Shown in pieces: positions 27,359 to 36,424 of a DNA stretch of 37,419 nt. The notes below the pieces were generated by a model, which searched no databases, was not told where the DNA came from, and worked only from the letters and a program-made list of their open reading frames with translations. The translations under genes and the position numbers were made by a program. Position 1 is the stretch's first letter, and each line of letters starts with the position of its first letter. Location: UHGV virus genome UHGV-0125336. The stretch is one strand, 5' to 3'. The stretch is from a virus.

Positions 27359-30199
27359 TCAATCTTTATCGTAAAAACTGCCACGCCCGACACGGGCGCG
27401 CCGTTCCATTTCTGCCCTGACCATTTCACCGACCAGTTTCGCCAGTTCGCGGGGATTCTGCGTAACAACGTTATGCAGATGAACATGAATTTCACCACCA
27501 AATCCGGAGGCAACAGGCTCCCGGTTACGGGAAGTTACAGGAACTGATGCCACTGGAGATCGTATGGCCTCCGCCACCGGGCGGGAGCTGGCCGCAACAA
27601 CAGGGACCAGCGCCGGAGGCAGCGGAGCCGGGACCACGGGTGTGATATTAATTGCGGGGGGCTTACTGACCTGCGCAATCTTCCGCTCCTGCCACTCCCC
27701 ACGAACGGCAAGTGCGCGGGGCAGGTTCTTAAAGACAATATCACCGGGGCCAATGCGTTTTTTCGTCTCATCAACCAGCTTACCTGTGTTATCAGCAATT
27801 TTGCTGAGTCTGCGCAGCGTACCGGTATTGCTGTCTGTGAGTGGTTTATTGTCTTTGGGTTTATCACCTCCCGTGCCATTGCCATTTTCCACAGGCTTCG
27901 GCGGATTGATTTTCGCCAGGTCCCCCTGAAGCAAGGCAACCTTGTCCTGAAGAATGGCCGCACGCTGTGCGTCTTCGATTTTCTTGCGCGCCCTTTCCGC
28001 TTCATCCGGAAGGACGCCAAGTTTTTCAAGTATCCACGCCAGCGTATCCAGCAACATTTTTGCAGGCGTCAGAACAAGCTGTAGCGCGCCACCAAGAGCG
28101 TTACCGAATATCTCGCCAGCACTGGTACATTTATCCAGCGTTTCCTTGCTGGACTCCATCGGTGACAGCAGCGATTTAAACCAGTTAAACACCTGGCTGA
28201 TCCCGCTTCCGATTGCGTCAAAAACAGGACCAAACCGTTCAAAGGTTTCACGCAACGGGTTCAGCCTTTCCATAATCCCGCTGAACACCCCGGCAAAAAA
28301 TGCCCTGATGGGATCCCAGTATTTCCAGATAAGAACGGCAGCTCCGGCAAGCGCAGCCACGATAAGACCAACCGGACTGAACAGCGCCCCGATAGCGCCT
28401 CCCAGCAAAGAAACGGAACCCGTCACCATTCCCCACAGCGCAGGCAACACCCTGACGACATTCATTGACCGGGTAAGAATGTCAAAACCAAGACGCAGGG
28501 TGGCCAGCTTCCCGTAAAGCACCCCAATAACCAGCGACAACGAGCCAATCGTTGCAGTCATTGCCAGCAACGCACCGCCTGCTATCAGTAGCTGGCGCGT
28601 CAGTACCGGATGGGCCTGCGCCAGCGAGGTGATTTTTTCAAGCACCCGCGTGAGCCACTGCGTGACAGAACGCAGCGGACCGTCAACCAGATCACTGATG
28701 CGAATACGAAGACCTTCCCATGCGCTGTCGAGATTTTTCAGGTCCCCATCAAGATTATCGGCCATTACTTTTGCAACGCGATCGGCCTCTCCCCTTGCCC
28801 CCTGCAATTCTCTGGTCAGTTTTTGCAGCTCTCCTGAACCAGCCGCCGCAACAAGCGTCTGCAAACCAACGAACGCCTCTTCTCCGGCGATGTCCTTGAA
28901 GAAGGAGACCTGGTCCACCTGTCCGTATTTTTGTGTCGCCTTATAGAGATCAAGCAGCACATCCTCCATCGGGCGCATTTTGCCTCTGGCGTCAGCAACT
29001 GACACCCCCAGCTCTTTCAGCGCATCAGCCGCAGCTTTTGGCGGTGATGCAAGGCGGGACAGACTTGCGCGCATGGCCGTACCAGCATCGCTTCCACGAA
29101 GACCATTATTGGCAAGCATCCCGGCCATGGCTGCCGCTTCTTCAAGACTGATACCAAGTTTTGCGGCAACCGGACCGGTATACTTCATGGTTTCGCCCAG
29201 CGCGCGTAAATCAGTATTGGTCCGGGTGAATGCCGCTGTCAGCGTATCGCCAACCCGGTCCATTTGATCGGCTGTCAGGTTGAACTGTGTGAGGATATTG
29301 GAGCCTATATCCGCCGTCTCGCCGAGTTCGACGCCACCTGCCAGCGCCATATTAAGAACACCGGGCAATGCGGCCTGAATGGCCTGCGGAGTAAAACCAG
29401 CCATTGCCAGAAAGCTCTGCCCACTGGCGGCATCACTCGCAGTAAACTGTGTTTCAGAACCAAGTTTTAACGCCTGCTCACGCAGCGCCTTAAACTGCGG
29501 GCTGTTTTTGTCGATTCGCGTCAGTGCCTGAACGCGGGACATCTCTTTGCCGAACCCGATCGCAGGCTGCAAAAAACGCCCGGAAGCATAGCCGCCAGCC
29601 GCTGCAGCACCAATTGCCAGCGCACCACCTGTTTTCAGTTTTCCCGCGGTTTCCTGCGCGCGCGAATACCGCTCACGCGCCCGCGTTACACGCGCAAGCG
29701 CCTGCCGTTCGCGTTCAAGCTGGTTGTTGTACTGTTCGGTGCGTCTGATGGCCTGCTGGATTGTGTTATCGCTGCCTGTCAGGGAAATGCCGTGGCGTTT
29801 CAGCTCTCCGCCAAGTTCCCGCATTTTCTGAATTTCCCGTGTGCGCGATTCATTCAGGCGTTCAAGCCGGGTGCTTAACTGCTGCATCAGCTTTTGTTGT
29901 TTTTCGCTGAGCACTGTACCCGTGCGTTGTAACTGATTAAGGGCGTTAAGCTGGCGTCGTGCTTTCACGATGCCAGCATCCGCTTTACTGACAGCGTCGC
30001 GGGCGCGCTCAAATGATCGCGCCTGACGCTCGAGATTTTTGATCGCCCCCTGCGTTCGCTGGATGGAGTCACCAAACTGCCCCATCAGGCGGCGGGCGTT
30101 TTCGGCAGGCCGGGTCAGCCTGTCAACGGCGCTGAAAGCGACCCGGATATCAAGAGTCTTCATTGTCTGCATTCCCGCTGCGAAGTGCCGCCCGCTCAC
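27359..30199 (-). CDS. T: Tail tape-measure protein, P2 gpT-like
   Basis: 946-aa ORF, helix-rich with Ala/Gly-rich hydrophobic central segments, between E/E' and U. Confidence 0.85.
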   Translation of the reverse strand: MSGRHFAAGMQTMKTLDIRVAFSAVDRLTRPAENARRLMGQFGDSIQRTQGAIKNLERQARSFERARDAVSKADAGIVKARRQLNALNQLQRTGTVLSEKQQKLMQQLSTRLERLNESRTREIQKMRELGGELKRHGISLTGSDNTIQQAIRRTEQYNNQLERERQALARVTRARERYSRAQETAGKLKTGGALAIGAAAAGGYASGRFLQPAIGFGKEMSRVQALTRIDKNSPQFKALREQALKLGSETQFTASDAASGQSFLAMAGFTPQAIQAALPGVLNMALAGGVELGETADIGSNILTQFNLTADQMDRVGDTLTAAFTRTNTDLRALGETMKYTGPVAAKLGISLEEAAAMAGMLANNGLRGSDAGTAMRASLSRLASPPKAAADALKELGVSVADARGKMRPMEDVLLDLYKATQKYGQVDQVSFFKDIAGEEAFVGLQTLVAAAGSGELQKLTRELQGARGEADRVAKVMADNLDGDLKNLDSAWEGLRIRISDLVDGPLRSVTQWLTRVLEKITSLAQAHPVLTRQLLIAGGALLAMTATIGSLSLVIGVLYGKLATLRLGFDILTRSMNVVRVLPALWGMVTGSVSLLGGAIGALFSPVGLIVAALAGAAVLIWKYWDPIRAFFAGVFSGIMERLNPLRETFERFGPVFDAIGSGISQVFNWFKSLLSPMESSKETLDKCTSAGEIFGNALGGALQLVLTPAKMLLDTLAWILEKLGVLPDEAERARKKIEDAQRAAILQDKVALLQGDLAKINPPKPVENGNGTGGDKPKDNKPLTDSNTGTLRRLSKIADNTGKLVDETKKRIGPGDIVFKNLPRALAVRGEWQERKIAQVSKPPAINITPVVPAPLPPALVPVVAASSRPVAEAIRSPVASVPVTSRNREPVASGFGGEIHVHLHNVVTQNPRELAKLVGEMVRAEMERRARVGRGSFYDKD

Positions 30200-30368
30200 G
30201 CCAGCTAACCACTTCGCCGGGCGTCATCATGAAGATTTCGGCGGGCGACCAGTTAAAAATGGCGGCAATATCCGCCACAAAGTCTTCTATGTGCTCAAAG
30301 CACACAACCGTGATCAGGCTTCCGTCGCCTGTTCGTTCTTCCCGCCAGAGTCCGCACCGCTCAAAAAA
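30150..30368 (-). CDS. E' extension, reached by programmed -1 frameshift from E (E+E' product)
   Basis: Minus-strand heptamer TTTTTTG (plus coordinates 30362-30368) lies in-frame in E as AAT-TTT-TTG. The -1 frame continues as ERCGLWREER... to a stop at 30150, as in P2 E/E'. Confidence 0.65.
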   Translation of the reverse strand, partial: FFERCGLWREERTGDGSLITVVCFEHIEDFVADIAAIFNWSPAEIFMMTPGEVVSWRERAALRSGNADNEDS

Positions 30369-30679
30369 TTTACGGCAACCACACATAACTGAATAAAGTC
30401 ACGGGATGCCATTTTTTTGATCGTCACTTCATCCAGTCGCGGTGATGTCACGCGTGACAGCAGCGTAAACATGGATTCCGCTTTCAGATTCAGCACATCA
30501 GACAGCGACAAATCTCGCAGAGATCCAGCCTGCTCAATAGCCCCGGTGATCTCCACATACGTGATTTTTTCGCCGCCTCGCTCAATTGGTTGGGTAAGTT
30601 TTACGCCACGCTCACTGGTTTCTTTCACAGTGTCAGTAACTACCGTGTTTTCGGTATCGATGTTTTTCGTCTCTTTCAT
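30314..30679 (-). CDS. E: Tail assembly chaperone, P2 gpE-like
   Basis: 121-aa ORF upstream of T. Contains the slippery site used for E+E'. Confidence 0.8.
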   Translation of the reverse strand: MKETKNIDTENTVVTDTVKETSERGVKLTQPIERGGEKITYVEITGAIEQAGSLRDLSLSDVLNLKAESMFTLLSRVTSPRLDEVTIKKMASRDFIQLCVVAVNFLSGADSGGKNEQATEA

Positions 30680-30733
30680 CAGGAAACTCCTTTCAGTCAG
30701 AGGCGACGCACTGCGCCGCCTGCATATTACTTA

Positions 30734-31246
30734 TCAGCCAAGCCCGAGCGCGGAACGGATGCGATCGGGCACAATGTCCTTGCCGTCCTTCCGGTAAATG
30801 AAGTTCAGCAGGTCAATCTCCCACAACGGGCGATCGTTAACACTCAGCTTGTAGTAGGTGTTTTTAATGGCGTAAGTGTGTGATGTGGCTTCGCCCTGTT
30901 TGGCTTCCCCCATATCAATTTCCGTCACACGTCCGCGCATTTCGACTTCATACAGGTCGCTTTCTGCATCGGTGTAGTATTCACCCGCAAAACGCAGCAG
31001 CGTGCCGTCAATCGTGCCGCCATACTTAAGGAACAGCTCACGAACTGCGCCCCCCATGACAAAGCTCGCATCAAGCGCGGAGTCGTCCAGACCGAGATCA
31101 ATACTTACCGCACCCATCATGCCACCACCCCGGTAGCTGTCGGTTTTGCGCGTCAGCTTAGGCAGAGTGACGGACGTCACCTTACCCACTTCGTTTTCAC
31201 CATCCACAAACAGCGTAAAAAAGCGAAGATGTTTTGGTACAGCCAT
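30734..31246 (-). CDS. FII: Tail tube protein, P2 gpFII-like
   Basis: 170-aa ORF immediately downstream of the sheath gene on the same strand. Confidence 0.85.
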   Translation of the reverse strand: MAVPKHLRFFTLFVDGENEVGKVTSVTLPKLTRKTDSYRGGGMMGAVSIDLGLDDSALDASFVMGGAVRELFLKYGGTIDGTLLRFAGEYYTDAESDLYEVEMRGRVTEIDMGEAKQGEATSHTYAIKNTYYKLSVNDRPLWEIDLLNFIYRKDGKDIVPDRIRSALGLG

Positions 31247-32430
31247 CAGGCACCTCCCAGCACCGCAAATGCGGGACCAAAGAATTCATCAGTAAACGAC
31301 TGGTAAAGCTCCATGTCTTCCAGCGGGGGAACAGGCGTATATTTGTAGCGAATACGCACGCGCCCCTGACGTAAATTCGTGGTGCCGTTATCCACCACGT
31401 CATACCAGCACGACGCCCCAATCAGTTTCCCGGCAGTAACCAGTGAATCCAGTTTTGCCCTGATGGCACTGATAACATCTTTCACGTTCGCAGGCGTCAG
31501 TGGACTGTCGATGGTTTCAAACTGCGCTTCCGCAATTGAATCAGCCAGCACCTGTGCGGTTCGGGTATACACCTCAAAGATGTAGGCGTTCGTTTCCGGT
31601 GTGCGGTTGCCCCAGAAGCGGAACCCGTTGCGACGAATAATGGTCGTGATTTCTTTGTTGTTGAGGCTGTTGGCATCACTGTCTTCGGCCTGCAACGACC
31701 AGAACACATGCCTGGACATCCCCAGCACATTTTTAACCGGAACGTTGGACAGCGATTTGTGCCAGCCCTGCTCATGGTCAATGTACGCACGAAGGCCGCA
31801 CGCATAGGCAGGCGCGGGGAACGTTTCGTTTTTGCCACTTTTCGGGTTGTAGGCGATGAAGTCCGGCCATAAGAGCATCACCTCACGTTCGTTGAATTTC
31901 TGGCGGTAGGTAATCGCCTCAGCCATCGTGTTACAGCCGTGACATGAGGCATACACAAACGCGCGCAGTTTACCCGCAATCACGCACAGGGATTTTGTTA
32001 CCGCCTCCGTGTCCAGCTCCGGCGCGGCCAGAATACGCGGACGGTATCCGATGCTTTCATCCTGCTCTGCAACAAGCAGCGCATACATCCCCGTATAGCT
32101 GCCGTCAGATTCAGAACCACCGATAACCAGTTGATCCTGCGTTTTTCCGTCTTCTTCTTTGTGTTCAGCCACGCGAACGACGATCACCTTTGTGCTCACC
32201 TGGTCTGCGATGGCCTTAAGCGCACGATAAAGCGTCCCCGTTGTTCCGCATTTTCCCAGCACGTCATTGACGCGGGTCAGCAGTGTGGGCTTGTTCAGCG
32301 GGAACAGCTCCGCATCCGCATCATCCGCCGTTGCCACGATACCGATAACACTGGAATCAACATCGTTAATCGCTGTTACCAGGTCGGTATTTTCCGTAAC
32401 ACGGGCACCATGAAAACGAGTTTCACTCAT
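31246..32430 (-). CDS. FI: Tail sheath protein, P2 gpFI-like
   Basis: ...DADAELFPLNKP...RAF.Y......EA..YRQ.F..RE.M..WPDF.A....EQGWHK(T/S)LSNV...FWGNRT...YTRTAQV...YTPVPPLE... matches recalled gpFI. Confidence 0.9.
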   Translation of the reverse strand: MSETRFHGARVTENTDLVTAINDVDSSVIGIVATADDADAELFPLNKPTLLTRVNDVLGKCGTTGTLYRALKAIADQVSTKVIVVRVAEHKEEDGKTQDQLVIGGSESDGSYTGMYALLVAEQDESIGYRPRILAAPELDTEAVTKSLCVIAGKLRAFVYASCHGCNTMAEAITYRQKFNEREVMLLWPDFIAYNPKSGKNETFPAPAYACGLRAYIDHEQGWHKSLSNVPVKNVLGMSRHVFWSLQAEDSDANSLNNKEITTIIRRNGFRFWGNRTPETNAYIFEVYTRTAQVLADSIAEAQFETIDSPLTPANVKDVISAIRAKLDSLVTAGKLIGASCWYDVVDNGTTNLRQGRVRIRYKYTPVPPLEDMELYQSFTDEFFGPAFAVLGGA

Positions 32431-32586
32431 AGCTTCAGCCCCTTGTATCCGTTAAATGATTCGGCAACAATCATCACCCACCACGCGCGTAATCTCACCC
32501 CTGCGCCGTTCTCCCGCCACGGCGACAACAAAAAGCAGTAACCCCCTACGCACGCACATGCGACCATGCCGCACAGGGAGGGAACA

Positions 32587-33697
32587 GATGACCGATACCA
32601 CCATGCAATTGCTCAGTCAGAGCACAGACCCCGTGAAAATGCCGGATTTTGATATTCTCGCGGAGGGGGAAACACTGTCCGGCGTGGCAGAGCGCCTGAT
32701 GAGCCTGTCACTGACCGACAACCGGGGATTTGAAGCGGACCAGCTCACCATCACGCTGGATGATGCGGATGGTCAGTTGCAGCTACCGCCACGGGGCGCG
32801 CGCCTGACGGTTCTCATTGGCTGGAAAGGAGAACCGCTGACAGAAAAAGGCACTTACATTGTTGATGAAATCGCACACGAAGGACCGCCGGACAGGCTGA
32901 CTGTTTCAGCCAGAAGCGCAGATTTTCGGGATGAATTTAACGTTAAACGTGAGGTGTCCTGGCATGATGTGACCGTTGAGCGCGTGGTATCCGCCATCGC
33001 TCATCGGTACGGTCTGAAACCACAAATCAGCGAAATGCTGATGGATATTGAAATCGACCACGCCGACCAGACCGAAGAAAGCGACATGTCCTTCCTTACG
33101 CGCATGGCGGAAATGCTGGGCGCAATCACTACGGTAAAAAGCGGTAATCTGTTATTCATCATGCCAGGCGGTGGCGTGAACGCACAAGGCCAGCCGTTGC
33201 CCTCGTTCGCCATCACGCGCAGCAGTGGCGATCGCCATCAGTTCCGCATTGCTGACCGCGAAGCGTATACGGGGGTACGCGCTTACTGGCTTGATCTTAA
33301 TTACGGGAAAAAGAAAAAAGTCAGCGTGAAACGCCGCAAACCGCCAAAACCCAAAAAGGAGAAAAGCAGCAGCCGTGAAGGTGATTATATGGAAGGCGCG
33401 GAAGGCAATGTGTTTGTGTTACGCAAGGCTTATCAGAACGAGCAGGCAGCAAGACGCGCAGCGGCGGCAAAGTGGCAGCAGCTACAACGCGGAGCCGCAT
33501 CATTTTCCATCACGCTGGCGCGTGGACGTGCAGAACTCTACCCCGAAATGCATGGCACGGTAACAGGATTTAAAAGCGAGATTGATAATCAGGACTGGAT
33601 TATTGCGAAAGCCGAGCACACCATTGATAACAGCGGCTTTACCACGCAGCTTGAGCTTGAAGCAAAAATCCCGGAATGGATAGCAGAAACAGAGTGA
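32587..33697 (+). CDS. D: Tail/late protein, P2 gpD-like
   Basis: ...LAEGETLSGVAERLMSLSLTDNRG.EADQL.I.L.D.DG.L.LP.RGARLTVLIGW.GE.LT... matches recalled gpD. Start at 32587 after an AGGGAGG RBS. On the opposite strand to FI. Confidence 0.85.
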
Positions 33698-33739
33698 GCA
33701 ACTTAGAATAGCGGCAGCACCACGTTAAGGGAGGTCGCT

Positions 33740-34000
33740 ATGTTCCGTTGTCCGCTTTGTGGCGCATCTGCCCGTATCCGCACCAGTCGTTCGGAAAATG
33801 ATTCAAACACCGTACGGAAAAAATATTACCAGTGTAACAACCTGGAATGCGGCATAAGTTTCTCAACACTGGAAGCTTTCCATAAATTCACATCGAAACA
33901 CGCCCCCGGCGTTCACTCTTCAGAAGGTATCCCGTGGCATGAGTTGCCAGCTTCACACAGGGGAAACAATCAGATGAGTTTGCCTTTACCTCAGAATTAA
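33740..34000 (+). CDS. ogr: Ogr/Delta-family zinc-finger late-gene activator
   Basis: MFRCPLCG...YYQCNNLEC: a CxxC...CxxxxC zinc finger at the N-terminus as in P2 Ogr (MFHCPLC...YHQCQNVNC as recalled). Longer C-terminal tail than P2 Ogr. Confidence 0.75.
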   Translation: MFRCPLCGASARIRTSRSENDSNTVRKKYYQCNNLECGISFSTLEAFHKFTSKHAPGVHSSEGIPWHELPASHRGNNQMSLPLPQN

Positions 34001-34190
34001 CAGGCAGAATTGCCGGAGTAACAAAAAAGCGATAGATTACGCGCGGGTGCCTTTCGGCTGATGGTCGGAGGGAATACCCGAAGGCCAGATGTGGAAAGGC
34101 CCCGGAAAACATTTCTGTTTAACCGAGGCCCTAACCGTCTAACCTTAGCAAGTGATAGGTTAGCGCCTCCCTGAAAAAGGAGCAAGCGCT

Positions 34191-34331
34191 ATGTCGCAAA
34201 AATCGCTTACGGCCATCACGTTCTGCGTGACGGCAATCCTCATCATCTGGATGCTGCACGGTTCGCTGTGCGAAATACGGATGAGCTTCTGGGGAGCGGA
34301 GTTTGCGGCGTTCTTACAGTGTAAGCAGTAA
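34191..34331 (+). CDS. hok: Hok/Gef-family type I toxin (46 aa)
   Basis: MSQKSLTAITFCVTAILIIWMLHGSLCEIRMSFWGAEFAAFLQCKQ: one TM helix, then the SLCEI motif and an AAFL.CK C-terminus, closest to HokA as recalled. SD AAGGAG (34177-34182) sits in a hairpin. A GNRA-loop hairpin follows the stop (34341-34362). Confidence 0.7.
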   Translation: MSQKSLTAITFCVTAILIIWMLHGSLCEIRMSFWGAEFAAFLQCKQ

Positions 34332-34393
34332 GGAAACCGCGACGGGGGAGCAATCCCCCGTCAATCGGTTGCCAGGGTAAGGTCGATAAGGCA

Positions 34394-34404
34394 CCCTATC
34401 TCAC
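34394..34404. repeat. Left target-site duplication (CCCTATCTCAC)
   Basis: Perfect 11-bp direct repeat of 35890..35900, immediately outside the left inverted repeat. Confidence 0.6.
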
Positions 34405-34545
34405 CAATGCCGTTCAGTTAGTTAAGGAATTGAGGTTCGATAGCCCGAACCTCGCGCAGAGGCAATATGACCGAAAGCCTGATTCCTTAATGCCCAAGAT
34501 GAGTCTCTATTCATAAAAGCGCTTAACTACTCGACATTGGCGGTG
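34405..34545. repeat. Left terminal inverted repeat (about 140 bp)
   Basis: Contains nested hairpins (TTAAGGAAT...ATTCCTTAA and GAGGTTCG-ATAGCC-CGAACCTC). Inverse match to 35750..35889. Confidence 0.6.
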
Positions 34546-34740
34546 TATCCCCCGCATTGTCTGAATGCCGCCTCTTACCTTTCGCGGTCAACTGACGACT
34601 TCTAGTTCTAGAACGCCTTGATTTTTTGTACTTGTACATTGAAAAATAACCATAAATTGTTAGCCTGTGCAGTAGACTCAGTGGCGGTAACTGGTCAGCA
34701 TGAAGTGTAAAGTGAATAACGAAGCTCTAAAATTATAGGG

Positions 34741-35574
34741 ATGGTCATGAATAATAAGCTAAAGGTAATTGAGTTAAATAGTCTTGATCTGTTTCGTAAA
34801 GAATTACTAACTACTATAAAGCCAGAGAAAGTAGAGAAATTACTTAGATGGTATCTTCAATCATATGGCGGTGTTAATTTCAAGTTCGGTTATGACAGAC
34901 CAATTTTTAGAGCGCGAAAGTGCCCAAATGAATGCGGATATAATAACATCAGTGAGATATATCCCCCTCCACCAGAAAAATGTAAAATAGGCCGAATGAA
35001 TGATGATGGACAAGCTATCTTCTATGGCGCTTATAGTATCGGAACAGCTTTAGCCGAAATTAATGCAAAAGAAGGGGATTATGTTCACATAGCTCACTTT
35101 AAGATGCCGGAAAATTCAGAGTCTGGAATGCGATGTTTTGCTATCGGTGAGGTCTTTAATGTGTATCACGGTGTAAATACAATTTCAATTGAAGTGTTTA
35201 ATGAAATTCGCGACATCATTAGCAGAATTGGTAAGGACGACATCCGAGCTTTGCTATCATATTTGTATATGGATGCCCTTTCTGCTGAGTTGCTTAATAG
35301 TATCAATGCCCATGAGGTAAATTATATTTACTCAAGAATTTTTTGCCGTCTTCTTCTTGATAAATACCCTGATGTTGATGGTCTTATTTATCCTAGCGCT
35401 AAAATAAAAGGGGCCTCAAATATCGCTTTGCGCACAGAAACAGTTAAATCGAGAATGCATTTAGTTGCTAATCTTGTGTTTAAAGTAAATAAAATTTATC
35501 CATATGGAATAGTAGATTTCAGTATAGTAAAACAAGCCAAAGGACATACATCAGATGGGCGCATCGTTTGGTGA
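34741..35574 (+). CDS. RES-domain-like protein (putative NAD+-targeting toxin fold) with an N-terminal extension
   Basis: KIGRMNDDGQAIFYGAYSIGTALAEI fits the RES pattern (G-R-W/M-N..G...Y.A.S...A..E), and DGLIYPSAKIKGASNIAL fits the second conserved block. No adjacent Xre/antitoxin-like ORF. AT-rich. Confidence 0.5.
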   Translation: MVMNNKLKVIELNSLDLFRKELLTTIKPEKVEKLLRWYLQSYGGVNFKFGYDRPIFRARKCPNECGYNNISEIYPPPPEKCKIGRMNDDGQAIFYGAYSIGTALAEINAKEGDYVHIAHFKMPENSESGMRCFAIGEVFNVYHGVNTISIEVFNEIRDIISRIGKDDIRALLSYLYMDALSAELLNSINAHEVNYIYSRIFCRLLLDKYPDVDGLIYPSAKIKGASNIALRTETVKSRMHLVANLVFKVNKIYPYGIVDFSIVKQAKGHTSDGRIVW

Positions 35575-35749
35575 GCCAAACTTTTAGTTAGCTGATTGAA
35601 AAACCGATGCGTCAGTTTGCACTGCATGTGGTGTATGGGAAGCGCGGGCTTGTAGTGCAGGTCATTTCAGAAGAAGCTAACGAGAAAGCTTAGACATACT
35701 GTGACTACTAAACAAGCAGAAAGCCCGTGTTTATGGGGGGCAATCCACA

Positions 35750-35889
35750 CAACAGGCGATGTCGATTAGTTAATACACTTGTATGAATAGAGACTCATTT
35801 TTGTGCATTAAGGAATCAGGCTTTCAGTCATCTTGCCTCTGCGCGAGGTTCGGGCTATCGAACCTCAATTCCTTAACTGAACTACATTG
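35750..35889. repeat. Right terminal inverted repeat (about 140 bp)
   Basis: Reverse complement aligns with 34405..34545, with a 4-bp indel and scattered mismatches. Confidence 0.6.
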
Positions 35890-35900
35890 CCCTATCTCAC
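35890..35900. repeat. Right target-site duplication (CCCTATCTCAC)
   Basis: Perfect 11-bp direct repeat of 34394..34404, immediately outside the right inverted repeat. Confidence 0.6.
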
Positions 35901-36087
35901 AGCTCTAAATGCAAAAATCCCATGAAACTGTGGGTATTTCATTACACACTGACACTGCTCTACCTTTCTATATGTATCACTCTAAACCAGTTAATCAATT
36001 GGCACTTATCAACAACAAAAAATCTGATAAAATCAAAATGTTTTGTAACAAATTTCAGCTTGTAGTGTTCCAAAGGAGACGGATTAC

Positions 36088-36420
36088 ATGGCATTAATCA
36101 AATGTCCTGAATGCCAGAAAGAGGTCAGCGATTCAGCATTATGTTGCCCTGCTTGTGGTAAACAACTGAAAAAACTTAAGCGTTCATTTTTTGGAAAACT
36201 CATTAAATGGGCTTTTATATTTTTTAATATTTTTATGATCTATACACTTTTAGTTGGACTAGGAGGCGCTGATGAAATAATAAACAATACCACATCCGAT
36301 GCCGAAAAAGCTGGGGCAGTTATTGGTACGGGCTTAGGTTTAATTGCCATTGGAGGCTTATGGGTTATTGGCGATATAATTATCGGAATTTTAGTGTTTC
36401 TTACTAAACCAAAGGGATAA
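36088..36420 (+). CDS. Zinc-ribbon membrane protein, unknown function
   Basis: N-terminal CPEC...CPAC zinc ribbon followed by two hydrophobic helices. AAGGAG RBS. AT-rich. Confidence 0.6.
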   Translation: MALIKCPECQKEVSDSALCCPACGKQLKKLKRSFFGKLIKWAFIFFNIFMIYTLLVGLGGADEIINNTTSDAEKAGAVIGTGLGLIAIGGLWVIGDIIIGILVFLTKPKG

Positions 36421-36424
36421 TAAA

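Larger units (their letters stand above)
34405..35889. mobile_element. 1485-bp insertion bounded by long imperfect terminal inverted repeats and an 11-bp target-site duplication; carries one RES-like gene and no recognisable transposase
   Basis: Left end CAATGCCGTTCAG... and right end ...CTGAACTACATTG are inverted copies. Roughly 130 bp at each end are about 90% identical in inverse orientation. Flanked by the perfect 11-bp direct repeat. Interior GC is much lower than the prophage. Confidence 0.6.

Noticed and set aside
32431-32586. Ogr-type late promoter dyad (TGT-N12-ACA) in the FI/D divergent region
   Set aside because: The only TGT in the interval is followed 12 nt later by ATT, not ACA. 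No canonical site can be asserted from sequence alone.
34741-35574. The ORF inside the TIR element as a transposase
   Set aside because: No recognisable DDE/HTH arrangement. The sequence fits RES-domain conserved blocks better. Kept as RES-like at moderate confidence.
35909-36097. 62-aa plus-strand ORF just right of the TIR element
   Set aside because: No RBS, low-complexity translation, and it overlaps the promoter region of the 36088 operon.
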